DNA of 63,608 nucleotides, filler included, from Diploschistes diacapsis (lineage: Eukaryota), in assembly GCA_023645945.1 (NCBI GenBank). It is 11 parts of 11 records of this genome, joined end to end, with 100 filler letters (N's around TTAATTAATTAA, not from the genome) between each part and the next. Parts side by side here need not be neighbours in the genome. Positions count along the whole stretch, not along the records: positions 34,867 to 40,544 come from JALAIB010001498.1; positions 40,645 to 46,318 come from JALAIB010001499.1; positions 46,419 to 52,082 come from JALAIB010001500.1; 8 more parts are not named here. One strand, 5' to 3'. Position 1 is the stretch's first letter. Each line of letters begins with the position of its first letter. Below the pieces are notes generated by a model. The model searched no databases. It was not told where the DNA came from and worked only from the letters and a program-made list of their open reading frames with translations. Positions 35,339 through 50,092 of this stretch are shown piece after piece. A program made the translations under genes and the position numbers.

Positions 35339-38300
35339 TCAAATCACCTCCTCCACCCATCCCCTCAAGTCCACTCCTCTCGGGCCAAAAACCTCCCTGT
35401 CTAGATCAAGCTCCAGCAATCTTCGTGCCACCTCTTGCTGTATTTTCTATTAGCTTGCCCTGCTCAGCTCGTCACGTCCACGGCCAACACAAAGCCTCCT
35501 ACTCACCGCACGCACGCTGTCCTCCACCTCCTGGTCATCCTCCGTCGACGCACAAGCGCTCACAAGGTTCACGCCCTGAGCTTCCAGCAACAACAGCTCT
35601 TCCGCTCGCTCGATGACGCTCTGGTCGATGCCGTTGAGCGCGGCGCAGCTGCGGTGTCCTTGTCGGTAAGTGGTAACAAAGGGCATACGCAAGGGGTCGA
35701 CGGGTGAGCTTACACCGTCCCGAAGCTGGAGGTGCTGCGGCCGGGCCGCAAACTATGCGGAATGTAAGCTGGGAGAAACGGGCAAAAATGGTAGTCGTAC
35801 TTGTAGAGATACGTGACTTGGTCCTCGACGTTCCGCGCCTTCGTGTCCATCCGGATCTCCATATGCGCAAAGGCCAGGTTCGGGTGCTGGCCGACATATC
35901 CGCCCTCGAAGATCTCGTGGAAGTGGGTTGCTGCTAGGACCTTCGGTGTTTCGTCGGCCAGATCGAGGAGGTGAAGAATGATACCGCAGAGAAGACCGGC
36001 GCCGTCTGGGCTTGTTAGCTGCGTCCAGAATGCGCTAGAAGCGAAGCAACGGACCGGCGGCATTCGTTCCCTTCCCAAACTCATCAATGACGACGAGACT
36101 TCGCCTCGTTAAAGAACTCAACGAGGTCGATATCTGCTGTAAGTCTATCATGAATGCACTCTGGACTTTCGACACTGTCTCTCGCGTAGCAATTCGGGTT
36201 AGGATTTGATCGGTTAGTCCGATGACAGCGTGCTCGGCGGGCACAAAGGAACCTACGTGGGCCATATAGGTGATGATAGCTACTTGCTTGAGATAGACAC
36301 TTTTGCCAGAGTAGTTTGGACCGGTGAGTATGAGCATACTTGGGCCGTCCAGGTCAAGTTCATATGTTGCGGCTTGAGCGAGTTGTTGGCTCCTTCTTGC
36401 TTCTGCCGGCTGATCTTCTGTTGGAACTCCGGGACCACCGACAAGGAAGGTATCGTTAGTGATGCAAGAGGATACGACGTTTTTTTGGAGTATATGCCTG
36501 TCGAAAAGTGAGCATGATTTGATTATCTCATTAACGATCCTACCATCCCCCTTTGATCTGGACGGTGTTCTCCACCGTCATCCAAGGTCTGGTGAGCTTG
36601 TACATCCGGGCACCTTGGGCTAAGGCGGTCAAGCTTGATCTATGATCAGTCATCGTGGGATTGGGTAGTAGCTTTGGAGACGAGCTAACCAATCAAGTTC
36701 GGCACAGACTTCAGATATTTCGCATAACATGGTGGCATACTCCAGGACCCTTTGAGCCAGGTCATGGACTATCTCAATCTCTTTATCTCCACGATGTCAG
36801 CTGTTATGTCTCTGAGCCAAGACGCTCAACTAACCACAAACGTCAGCGTAGATATCTCCAACGGTACCATCAAGCTCCTCCATCCGAAAATCCTTGAAAT
36901 AAACACGGTCAGCTGTATGGAATACCTCTCGCCATTCTTCTCCTTCTACTCCTCGATAATCCACTGTCTCTGTGATTGGGTTGATAGGCATGGATATGAG
37001 AAACCCAATCTGAGGGAAGAAGATCACATTCAGATTCAAAGCGTAGTTTTTGGGAATCCCGTGGCCAATTTCTCGGGATAAGTGATTGAGCATATCCTCA
37101 AGACCGTTGTATTGCCTCTTCATTCCGTCTAAAGTCTCATCGACGCCAGGCAGTACGACGGTGCGATGCGTTTCTTGAGATTCAGTAAAGTCAACCTAGC
37201 TGGATTAGTTGAAGTAACGCCCAAGTTTCGTTGGGCGTACAATGTCGGTGATCATCTTGCCAACAGTCCCGAGATGATGGACTTCGAACTTTTCAAGCAC
37301 CTGTAGCACTCCATCAGTATCTAAAGGGATCAAGGGCAAAATGCTCCGACCTTGTTACAAATATCTAAATGTTGCCCATGCTGAAGTTCCGCTATAGCCT
37401 GACGGATATTGATAGTATAGAATGCGAACTGATAGGATCAACTGTCGGTACTTGAAATAAAGCCATTCTAAGCCTTACAGATCGTAGAGTGAACCACACG
37501 CCACTAGCAACGCCTCTGTTCTGACTACTGCCTCCGCTGATCCCCTTGCGTAGATTAGTCACGACATGCTTCATATTTTTGATGGACTTGAGGCTTTTGA
37601 CGATGTCGCCCAGCAATGCCTCGTTAGACGCCTGCAAAAGAATGCTGACTGTATCGTGGCGTTGCTTCAAGGTATCCAGATCCAGACTAGGCCGTAGGAA
37701 ATACTGACGAAGACAAAATTTTCCCTGTGGCGTTCTTGCAAGATGATGGAAAAGGCCATAAACAGAAAGACCTTCTTTCGAACCAGACGAGGTATTCGTG
37801 GGACCTTGATTGTGGGAATGAGGATGGTAGTCTTCCTGCAGAATCTGGAGCGAGATCAATGTATCTGCATTTAGGAACCTATTTTGATGATTAGAACCAC
37901 AGAATACCATCTAGAATTAGTCGCCGTACATGATGCCGTCCAGATTGAACATCTCGAAGGAAGTAATTCTAAAGGTATTAACCGCGTCGGGATCCCCAGG
38001 TAAGTGAAGGACTGCTCGTCGGCGTTGAATATAACTCAAGAGCGCTCCAGCACAGCTTACAGACAAACGGCTTTCCAAATCAATAATTGAAGATAGCTGA
38101 AGAAGGATACCCTGTCTATGACTAAAGCCGGGGTCCAAACCATATCGGTAGCTTTCATGAGGATCTTCGTCCCCGGGAACGACGAAGCTCGTGCGATTTT
38201 CTTGGGAGTTCTCAGTCTGCAGATCTACGAGTTTGCGAAGGCCACCCTCGTAACTGAATTCATTGGAAGGGCGGATGTCGAGGATATAAGGCAGGCGAAA

Positions 38301-38882
38301 TTGACCTTAATCGACGGCGTTAGACGAAGCTTCATTTTGGATATTTGCCACCTACTGTCAATATTTCCACCGTTTCTATTGTTTCGCTCTGGATCCAAGT
38401 GCTCATCTACGCTTTCATCGATCCTTGAGGAGATAAGCACAACAGTGGGATCAGCATAAGCCTTCACTAACGCAGGGTAAGTTTTTGTAAACTTGGAAAA
38501 GGAACTACGCACGAGTGTCGATTATGTCGAGTCCACCAAATCTGACATCACTCAGCATGTAAAGCTTTTCTACCCTGGCAACGTAATAAGAGCAGCCGAT
38601 AGTATCACGGTCCCGCATGTCTATAGCCATAATCACTTCGCTCAGAGAATCCTCCTCTTCAAGACCTTTGGGTGGCTCTTGTGACTCTGGTTGAATTTCG
38701 CCATGGGTAACTTCTGATGACTGGGTAACCTGCGATCTGGAATCGGAGGAATCGTTGAAATGGCGGCTTCGTTTGGAAGATCCATCACGGCTTGAAGGGG
38801 CTTGAAGTCTAACTCGTTTACCCGAATGGCTTGGCTTTGTGAAAGGCGTTGATTGAAAAGGTCGTGGCGTCCCGCTAGCCAT
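35339..38882 (-). CDS. MSH5: Meiotic MutS homolog MSH5, 14 exons
   Basis: [21 protein letters not shown], Walker [35 protein letters not shown]; 13 GT-AG introns give a continuous frame. Confidence 0.93.
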
Positions 38883-39134
38883 GTTTATAGGAGTGCTGAA
38901 TGAACAAAACCATTGGAATACGAAGAGTAAAATATAGAGAAACTTTGAAGGGTATAGGATCCTATAAAGATCTGGTGAAATTCACACGTTTGGAACGTTC
39001 AATGTCAATTTGAAGTTCATTAAGCGTGGTGACAAAGCCGGGACTTCTGCTAGCCGCCACCGTCTCAGCCTTGCTTTTCTCGAGCAGCCCACGCTATAAA
39101 TAAAGAAATTGGTATCTTACACAGTAGAAGCCAT

Positions 39135-40544
39135 TCATTCAAACTGAGACAGGTCCAACGGCACACTACTACCTCTTCCAGCCCTGTACTTCTTTGGTAC
39201 ACCCATAAAATCGCGTGGCTTAGGGAGCTGACTATCGTCCTGAAACCTCCACCGATTATCTTGCACCGTGAAGGAAGCGCTGATGGTGCGTCTTGATCTT
39301 GGCGATGCAGTATTTGATCTTGCGGGACCATTTGATAGAGTGTACGAGCTGGGATCGAGCCTCGATCCAATGGGATGCTGTGAGCTCGTCCGCGAAGGCA
39401 GTGGCGACGTCACAGATGGAGGGGGAGGCGGCGGAGCTGAGGTTGGTGACGTCGGTGATGGTACTCTTCCATTAGAGAAAGCGTTAAGGGCTGCTTGCTT
39501 CGCTAAAGTTCCAGATCCGATACCGTTGGGTTGTGGCGGAGCTGAGGGAGGTGGCGGCGGTGGAGTTGACCTTGAGGGAGGAGATCGAAGAGGTGCAGAG
39601 TTGTCTAATGGTGGTGCGGAAGGGGGTGGAGGTGGAGGAGGGGGAGGGTGACTGAACGAAGCACCAGAGGGGGGTAACGGCGGCGCGGTAGGAGGAGAAG
39701 CTGGAGGTGGAGGGGCAGAGACAGGTGGTGGAGGCGCTGAAGGAACAGGAGGAGCAAGACCAGAAGGTTTCCTCAGCGTGACAGGCGGAATGGAGGGTTT
39801 GGAGCCCGGTAACGGCGGAGGAGCTTTTGCCGCACCGACATCTGCTGACGACTTTGAAAGTACAGGGAAAGGACGCGAAGCTGGTTTGGGAGGGGCCTTG
39901 GCTGCACCCGCTTCGCTTATAGGACGTGATGGTGTTGGCCGTAGCTTTGCAACACCGGCTATTGGAGGTTTCGGTGCGGTACCCACAGGCGGTCTTGAAG
40001 GAGCAAGCCTCGAGCTGTCAGATTCGGGGACATATGGCGAACCCTTGTCCGCTCCTGTATCCACACCTCCACCGCGTTTCTTTAACTTTGGCATTCCGCC
40101 AGCGAAGAGTCCACCTAGTTGTGGAGCCTCAGAAGTGACAGAGCTTGCCCCGGCTCCTGCACCACTGTCACTCCTATCTCTGGTTGCGCCTGGCACAGAT
40201 CCTCCGGTAGATTTTAACATTCCAGGCACTGGAGGTGCACCTGCCGCAGCAGCACCTCCTCCCCCCTTCGATTTGTCCAGCAAAGGGCCCGAGCGGTCAT
40301 TCGTAACTGCTTTTTTGAGACCCTTCCCTTTTTGAATATCTTGGAGTAATGCACCCTGCAGAATCGAATTAGTGTCCTTCTTAAAAGCGACTCTGACCCT
40401 GCTAGAGTAATATCCGGCCTTTCCCAACTGCAGCAGGTGGTCTTACAGGAAGGTTGCCTGCACTTGGAGCTCCGGGCGCTGGAGGTGGTGGTGGCGGTGG
40501 AGGAGCTCCAACGCCACTTGGTGGAGGCGGCGGCGGTGGCGGAG
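39135..40544 (-). CDS. VRP1: Verprolin/WIP homolog (WH2 domain, proline-rich), 5' truncated by contig end
   Basis: Poly-Pro N-terminus, WH2 GALLQDIQKGKGLKKAVTNDRS, LGGLFAGGMPKLKK, C-terminal RWRFQDDSQLPKPRDF..KYRAGRGSSVPLDL. Confidence 0.92.
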
Positions 40545-41275
40545 NNNNNNNNNNNNNNNNNNNNNNNNNNNNNNNNNNNNNNNNNNNNTTAATTAATTAA
40601 NNNNNNNNNNNNNNNNNNNNNNNNNNNNNNNNNNNNNNNNNNNNGGGGAGGGAGGGGGCTTACGAGGATGTGCATGCCGTGGAGGAACGGGGGACTTTTC
40701 CCGCTGGATGTATTGCTGGGAAAAAGAATTTAGGTAAATGTGGGTGGGGGACGTTGCGTCGCTAAGTTGATTCTTTTTGCATCTATGTTCAGGGAAGTGA
40801 TAGTTGCTTTAGAGACCTTGTAGTGCTCCCATTCTTGAATTCCAGTTTGTCTCAATGTCTTGTGAGATGCACCAACGTATTGTAGACAAGACACTTGTGC
40901 TGTTTTAAAAAAAAATTATATATACGAGAACCGAACCTAGAAGGCTACTCTGTATTTATTATTTCGTGATCCGATATTCTATTCTATAGCGCTCAAACAT
41001 GGTCATCTCCCGCTGTGGATTAAACTAGGTGGAGATTTTAGAGCAACCTTCCACTTTACAGCTGGTGAGATCTCCTAAATTAAGAAGCCATTACAACGCA
41101 TGTATGTATTTTATTGGTACAAAGAATTGAAGCCATCGTTGTTGCCACGCACATCGTCGCTTTGCTTTCCCGCAATGTTTCGTATACAGCTCATGCAGTT
41201 CTGTCGGTGATCGGCCGCCTTTACTCTTTACGTCCTGCGCACTACTCTGCAATTTCGTACCGCTTTCCATACCAC

Positions 41276-42626
41276 TCAGTTACCCTTGGTCTTGACCATC
41301 ATACCATCGCCCAAAATGCCGTTGAAATAGGCCTTGCTCTGAGCAACTGCGTCCGCAGCATTATAGCCCAAAGTCGGCACCAGGCCCGTGATGAGTAGGA
41401 ATATGGTGAGAATAACCATGCAAAAGACAACGATTTTCCTCTGTGCGGGATGCTTGACGCCATACTCGGCCCATTTCCTGCTTGCCTCGGAAAAGGCATT
41501 CTTGATGTTGTCCTTGCCGAGCTTGAAGTAGACCATGCCGGCAAGAGCCATGCCGTAGCCGAAGAACTGGAGAAGAGTGACCGGAGTGCCCCAGATGGCG
41601 ATCGAAGCGCAGACGAGCAGGATATCCTTGAGCACACCACAGAGTGTCATGACAAGAACGGACGTTCGGCCAATCTAGATGGAACGTCAGTTAATAGTAA
41701 CGATACAGTGGTAGCGTCTGAGAATATACCAAGAAGACAACGCTAACGTTCAGGCCAAAAGCAATCAGGGCATTCAGAAGAAGAGTAAAGTACCCGACGT
41801 GCGCCACAGCCTCGAGAGAAATCTTGGGCACTTCCAGAAAGAGGGAAACAAGTCCGTTCATGATGGCACAAACAGGAGCAAAGTAGTAGAATGAGACCAA
41901 GGGGTCCATCTTATACTCGGCGGACGACAGAAGCCTTCCGACCATGGTCAGACGGATGGCCTCGAACACAACACCTCCGATCTGGAAGAGGACTCCAGCC
42001 AAGACAAAGTGGATTTCACCGTAAGACGCAATCATGACGCCAAGCACAATGAACAATACGTTGCCCAGCTTCTTCATGTTTGGCGCCTCCATACCAAAAA
42101 CCCAGGAGCAGAGAAGAACGGCGGCGGGCATGGTAGCCTAGATCTACAATAAGCCGAGGGTCATCAGACTCTTGGAAAGAGTACTTGCCTTGAGCATTTG
42201 GATAAAGGACACGCTAAGGTACAAATAGGTAACATTGCCGCAAATCAGAGACAAGCTGAAGAAGAATCCGATGGGGACGATAGCTCTAAGATAGACCCTT
42301 CCGGTCATTTTGACCTTTTTACGCCCATCCAGCAGCGTTGTCGTTCGAGCCAGAATTTGTGTCATGAGAGTTCCAAAGGCCAGATGCCATGTTGTGAGGA
42401 TGATGGGGAAGGGAAATTCAAGAGTGTCTAGGATCCACTTGTTGAAGAGAATAGTCGCGGAACTCATCGCTATCCACGAGGTCACGTAGAAGGCAGGATG
42501 AAGGGCGGTCCTTGGAGGCTCGGGCTTTTCGGTCGCCGGGTTGATTGTAGGCATCTGGATGGTGGAGCCTCCATCGCTGCGTGGGATATCGCCAGAGAGG
42601 CGCTCCTTTTCCTCCATTGCAGACAT
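41276..42626 (-). CDS. glfB: Nucleotide-sugar transporter, probable UDP-galactofuranose transporter (GlfB/UgtA), 3 exons
   Basis: TPT-family motifs (ILFNKWIL, FPIILTTWH, YLSVSFIQMLK, GVLKDILLV); divergent from UDP-galactopyranose mutase as in Aspergillus; first intron is GC-AG (42138-42188). Confidence 0.88.
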
Positions 42627-43582
42627 GATATCCAGCGAGGTTTGAGACTTGTAGAACGAGCGAAGGGAGAACGGTCGTTGCCGCTCGAGACTGGCTACGC
42701 CAACCAGCTTGAGCTTCCTGCGTAGCAGTAGTGACGCACACTGGGAAGGCGTTACGGATTGAACACAGCAGATTCACAATCTTGGAGAAGTGCAATGATT
42801 GAGATATCGCAGTGGATAAAGAATAGACTGGAGGAGATGAAGCCGAGTTAGACAGAGTGTAGCTGAAAGGAAAAGGGAGGGCTCGTTATCGTGATAGTGA
42901 ATAAGTTTACGACACTTTCCCATCTCCTTTCAACCTTTTCCCTTCAGCCCTATTTTCTCCTATCGGAGTTTACCCGCCAAGCCTAACTTAAGGTCACACT
43001 CACTTGTGTTTCCGCAGACCAACATCGTCCAAGTCGCTTCATCTTTCTACCGTCCCTATGCACCTGGCCACATAAATAGCCAATGGCTATTGGTAGGTAG
43101 GTAGGCATAGGTAAGATGTTGCGCAACCAGTTGTATGCACCCAACTATTCTCTTATTGTTGTCATAGCAGGGTGATCATCATCTTATAACGCGGCATGCC
43201 GCATCGTGCAAAGCTCGGATGCAAAGGTACCACCCGCCGGATACGTTAAAATTGCCTGCGGTAGATGTGCTCCAACTCAGTAAGATTTAGGACCAGCCCA
43301 AAATTCGTACTTCATCGGAGCACTTTGGTGATGATTTACCAAGCGGATGATTGCGGCTCGCTTCTACCTAAGCGACTCGCTTAGCGGCCTCTCCGGGGCC
43401 AAATTGGTTATATTCGGAAAAGCTGGACGCTATCGATAAGTCCCAACCCAATCGGAGTAGTCACAGACGAAGCATGGACTACTAGCTGGGTTTCAGACCC
43501 GAGAAAGAACGAGCCCTGACAAGTTTGATAATCTGTAGCTCTGTGTCTGGGTTTTAAAAGGGGTTCCGCGATGAAGCGACGA

Positions 43583-43615
43583 TGGGGTCCCACTGGGGTC
43601 CCACTGGGGGTCCCC
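43583..43615 (+). repeat. Short tandem TGGGGTCCCAC repeat in the glfB-glfA intergenic region
   Basis: tggggtcccac tggggtcccac tgggggtcccc. Confidence 0.7.
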
Positions 43616-43854
43616 AACCCTCGGGCTTCAGGGACCCGTCAACTAACCGTTAGTGGAACACACATGTTGAAATCCTAATGCAGAAGAGTTGTTGCTGCTG
43701 CATCCTTTATTTTACATGTCGTCCCACTGTATCTAGACGGTTTTTCATTTACCTCGTCCATTGTTCTGCAGGGAGCAGCTCTGCAGACTTCTAAGCAATC
43801 GATATCTTGTTGTCAGGCACCCCTACCAAGTGGCTTAGTCGTCTGAATACCATA

Positions 43855-45799
<1,945 letters not shown>

Positions 45800-46418
45800 A
45801 GTGACTGGGAAAAAGAAAATGGTGTATCCGATGCCTTTTTATGTCTATTGCAGATACACAGCAAAAGGTAGATATTCATGACATATGGGACCAATTCAGG
45901 GTGGCTCGACATGTTTCCTCGGGCATAATAGACGCGCTTCGCTGCGCCGCAGCCCGCATGGCTGCTCGTCTGCTTCGACGCCTCGGCAATGTTTGTTACT
46001 TAGATGGAAGCAGCATATCGTTAGTTAGCGATGGGTAGCGCTAGAGGGTCATTTTTTGCAGATAGTAGATAGATAGAACTTTTGAGAATTCTGCTGCTGC
46101 TTTGTTTTTCTCGGCTAGTGCCTTGCATACCAGCGCGGGTTGAAACAATTGTTAAAGCGAGCTGCGCTAGAGAACGTCCCTTGCTTGCAAGTTGTAGTAC
46201 CGCAGAAGGCCGTGTTCCCGTATTTTCCTTTTCTGCGGCACTTTTTTTTCCCTCCCCTCCGAAGGTCGTGCCTGTGCAATCTAGTAACAAAGTTCGCTCC
46301 TACCTCCCTATGTTGCCCNNNNNNNNNNNNNNNNNNNNNNNNNNNNNNNNNNNNNNNNNNNNTTAATTAATTAANNNNNNNNNNNNNNNNNNNNNNNNNN
46401 NNNNNNNNNNNNNNNNNN

Positions 46419-47274
46419 GGTCTGTCGCCCCCGCCGGCGCGGCCCGCCTAACCTCGACGCTCCCATCCTGCATCCCAAAATACACCACAACCGGCTTCTG
46501 GCCCCCCATCCTGCTCCCCCTCGCCAGCGCCTCGTCCCCGTTCTCGCCCGAGAAAATCCCCACGCTCAGCACGCCCTCGATCTGCTTGATCTCCCTCGCC
46601 AGAGCCTGCACCTCCCACACGCCCTTCCTCGGATCCGGCGCCATGCCCGCGGTCAGGTCCTGCGGCAGCAGCAGCGTCGGGAACGGCGCGTCGACGATGA
46701 AATTGTCCTGGTCCGTCTTCAGCGGCGACACCTTCTCGCTGCCCAGCTGCCGGATGCGGGGGCCCGTGCTGCCGAGCTCGTGCGCCAGCTGCTGCAGCAC
46801 CGCGCCGACGGCCAGCGGCTCGACCTCGATCGGCACGCTCGGCCACGAGGACAGCAGCCGCGCCTGCAGCTTGCGGTAGTCGGCCACGCACACGAAGCGC
46901 CGCGCGTGCGTCGCGACCAGCTTCTCCTGGTGCAGGCACGCGCCCCCGCCTTTGATGCAGTTCAGATCCGAGTCCACCTCGTCCGCGCCGTCGAAGCAGA
47001 CGTCCATCAGCGTGCCCGCGGGCAGCGAGTCGAACGTCAAGGGCGTGAGCCCCGCTTGGATCAGCACTTGCCGCGATTGGTAGCCCGTCGGCACGAAGCG
47101 GATGGTCGACGGATCGATGGGCGGCTGCAGCGAGGAGAGGTGCGCTTTCAGCGCCTGCACGACGTGCACGATCGTGCTGCCGGAGCCGATGCCGATGTTT
47201 TTGTGGGACGGCTGGAAGTTCTCGCGCACCGCGCGCTGGGCAGCCGAGGCTTTGGCGGATTCGACGTCCGACAT
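46419..47274 (-). CDS. RKI1: Ribose-5-phosphate isomerase A, last codons cut by contig end
   Basis: IGIGSGST, FDGADEVD, IKGGGAC..QEK, TDQDNFIVD; first ATG at 47274. Confidence 0.94.
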
Positions 47275-47910
47275 GTTGGGAGGGGCCGAGGAAAACAGGC
47301 GCGGATGAGGAAGTGGAAGAGAGGAGGTTCCTGGGCTATGCTTGGGGTAGATGGAGCGAAGAGCGGAAGCTGGGGTCCCAGGTTTTGCGCTGTTAGGCAA
47401 GTAGGAATGGAAGGGCAGGCGTCTGGTGGAGGAGGCGGAGGGAATCAAGGGGTGCCGGGTCAGCACGGAAAGCTGAATAGAGTGCTTAGATGATGCGATA
47501 TGTACAATTGCTTGGTTATGTATGTGTCTGCATTGTAACGGCTTAGCAAGTGGACATTGACGAGGAAGGGTTCAAGTGCACGTAGACTGCAGGTGTAGGT
47601 GCGGAGGTAGGTTTAATGGTCGCATTAGTTCTATGAGGGGTGGGGGGGAAAGCTCTCAGGAGATGGAAGTTTGACAACCCCATGCGCCATGATTCAATTA
47701 TGCCATTCTGATGGTGGGGGCGAGATGTTTATTTACAAGAGGTATCCTGCCGCAGCGTCATTGCACAGTAGGGTTCTCCACTAAACAACCAGACAAAATA
47801 ACCATCTCCAGTAATTTTCTAAAGGGTTGAAGCCGGTCTCTTTTGACTCATGTAGCGTTGCGTCTCCGTATTATCGACTGACTTCCGCCCTTTCCACATC
47901 TCCAACGGGA

Positions 47911-49694
47911 ATGACCGAAAAAGCCGTCACACCACCACCCCTACGAGGACCCACCGCAAAAGAGAAGAAGTATGATCGACAACTCAGACTGTGGGCGGCG
48001 AGTGGGCAGCAAGCTCTCGAGGATGCGCACATTCTGCTCCTGAACAGCGGCTCGGGTGTGGTGGGTGTCGAGACGCTGAAAAACCTCGTGCTACCAGGCA
48101 TTGGCGGCTTCACCATCGTGGATGAGCATACGGTCGTTGAGGAAGACCTCGGTGCAAACTTCTTCCTAGATGAGAACAGTCTCGGAAAGTCGAGAGCGGC
48201 GGAATGCTGCGGATACCTGAGGGAATTGAATCCCGAGGTTGAGGGACATGCAGTGCAGAAAGTGAGTGCCGTGCGATCAAGGTTGGAACATTGCTGAAAG
48301 CATTCCAGTCGCCTTTGGACTTTGATCTAAACGATATGTCTCATGCACCAGAAGTCACTCTCATCCTCCTTGCTGCGCCCGCCTGGTATCTCGATTTATC
48401 CCCTTACATTGTCTCATCGTGGGCAGCAGGAATACCTCTCGTCGTTGTCCGTTCCGTGGGCTTCTATGCGCAGTTTACCATACAGCTTCCTCCGAAATTT
48501 CCCATCGTCGATACACATCCGGATCCTACCTCTACACAAGACTTGCGCCTTTTAGCTCCCTGGGAAGAGCTGTCGCAATACGCGAGAGCACAGACAAAGG
48601 ACCTTGACAGTTTACCAGACCATGAGCACGGACATGTTCCCTACCTCTTGCTACTACTTCATCATTTAGATAAATGGAGAGATGAACACGACGGCCAATA
48701 TCCCCAGAATTACAAAGAGAAGGATGCGCTGCGAAGTGCTGTGAGAGCAGGCGCAAGGACCAACAATCCTGAGGGCGGAGAAGAGAATTACGACGAGGCG
48801 GTCGGAGCAGTTCTTAAGAGCTTAAACCCGCCTTCGATACCGAGTGGACTCAAAGAGGTCTTTGCAGAGCCAGATTGTCAAGCGCCTCAAAGCACGGTAT
48901 CATATTTCATGTCAGGCAGTTGATCTCGCTGACCGCATTAGTCTGCAAATTTCTGGGTCATTGCCCATTCAATATTTTCCTTTGTCGAAGCAAATGGAGT
49001 TCTTCCCCTACCCGGAGCGATACCGGACATGAAGGCCCAGTCTAAAGATTACGTTTCCCTGCAGAATCTCTACCGAGCGAAAGCGCAATCGGATCTCGCA
49101 TCGGTAACGCGCTCAGTTCGCACACTGGAGTTGGGGCTGGACAGAGAGAAGACTATCGACAGCAAAGAGATCGAAGCATTCTGCAAAGGCGCCGCATTTG
49201 TAAAGCTCATCCATGGCCGACGCAGCCTCAAACTACTAACTAAGGGTGACTTTGGCGACAGAGCGGGCTGGGCCGCAAGGGAGTTGGGAGATGAGGAATC
49301 TCTGCTTCCAATTTTCATCGCGCTCATGGCCCTCGATTCAGCCTATGACGCGGCCTACAACTTGAAACAGCCCGTGACGAGCGCAGAAGATCTCCTCGCC
49401 AAAGCTGCCACGGAGGACTTCGCGGGACATATGGCACGCTACATCTCGAAGATTCTGTCGCGTCTCCAGGACGCTCACGCTGAGCTAGAAGTGGAGAACG
49501 TCCAAGAGCGGATAGACAAGGTGGTAGAGGAAGTCCGGCGATCTGGACCAGTCGAGCTTCACAACATCTCGTCACTCACGGGGGGTGTTGTTGCACAAGA
49601 GATTATCAAGGTCATCACGAAGCAGTATGTGCCTGTGGACAATACGTGCGTGATCGATGGTATCCAGAGCAGGTTGGCGGTTTATAGGCTTTGA
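47911..49694 (+). CDS. ULA1: NEDD8-activating enzyme E1 regulatory subunit (Ula1/APP-BP1), 3 exons
   Basis: [63 protein letters not shown]. Confidence 0.94.
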
Positions 49695-49955
49695 CGTAGA
49701 TGAACGAGGTGGTTGCCGACTTTGTCCTTTAAGAAGCAAGCGAGCATTGCGCCGGCGTCAGTAGATGACGAAGACTCCCACGAGTGAGAAAATAAATGAA
49801 GACACTTTCATGACCCTTTGAAAAGCATGGCTCTGTTTATGAATGCAGTTCAAAGAATTCGTAACAATCCCATGTCTTCAAGAGCTCCGGGAGAGCTCCT
49901 AGAATGCCAAGCCCTTGAGCTATGGTGTGGCCCGTGCGTTGAATCTTGAATTAAT

Positions 49956-49975
49956 TTTCTGCTCTCGAACCTTCT
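49956..49975. promoter_or_regulatory. Putative heat-shock element upstream of HSP10
   Basis: Phased nGAAn/nTTCn pentamers tTTCt-gCTCt-cGAAc-cTTCt about 120 bp upstream of a chaperonin ATG. Confidence 0.4.
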
Positions 49976-50092
49976 GTTGCTATACAGTTAATAGAACTTC
50001 CTTAATCCAAGAATACGCCGAAATCTGCTACTCCAGCCCTTCTTGTACTGAATCAGTGTCGCTTAACGTTTGCACAGCATCACATATCCACA

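Noticed and set aside
36470..36497. Apparent frameshift in the MSH5 A-run
   Set aside because: Seven A residues keep the frame (CAA AAA AAC GTC).
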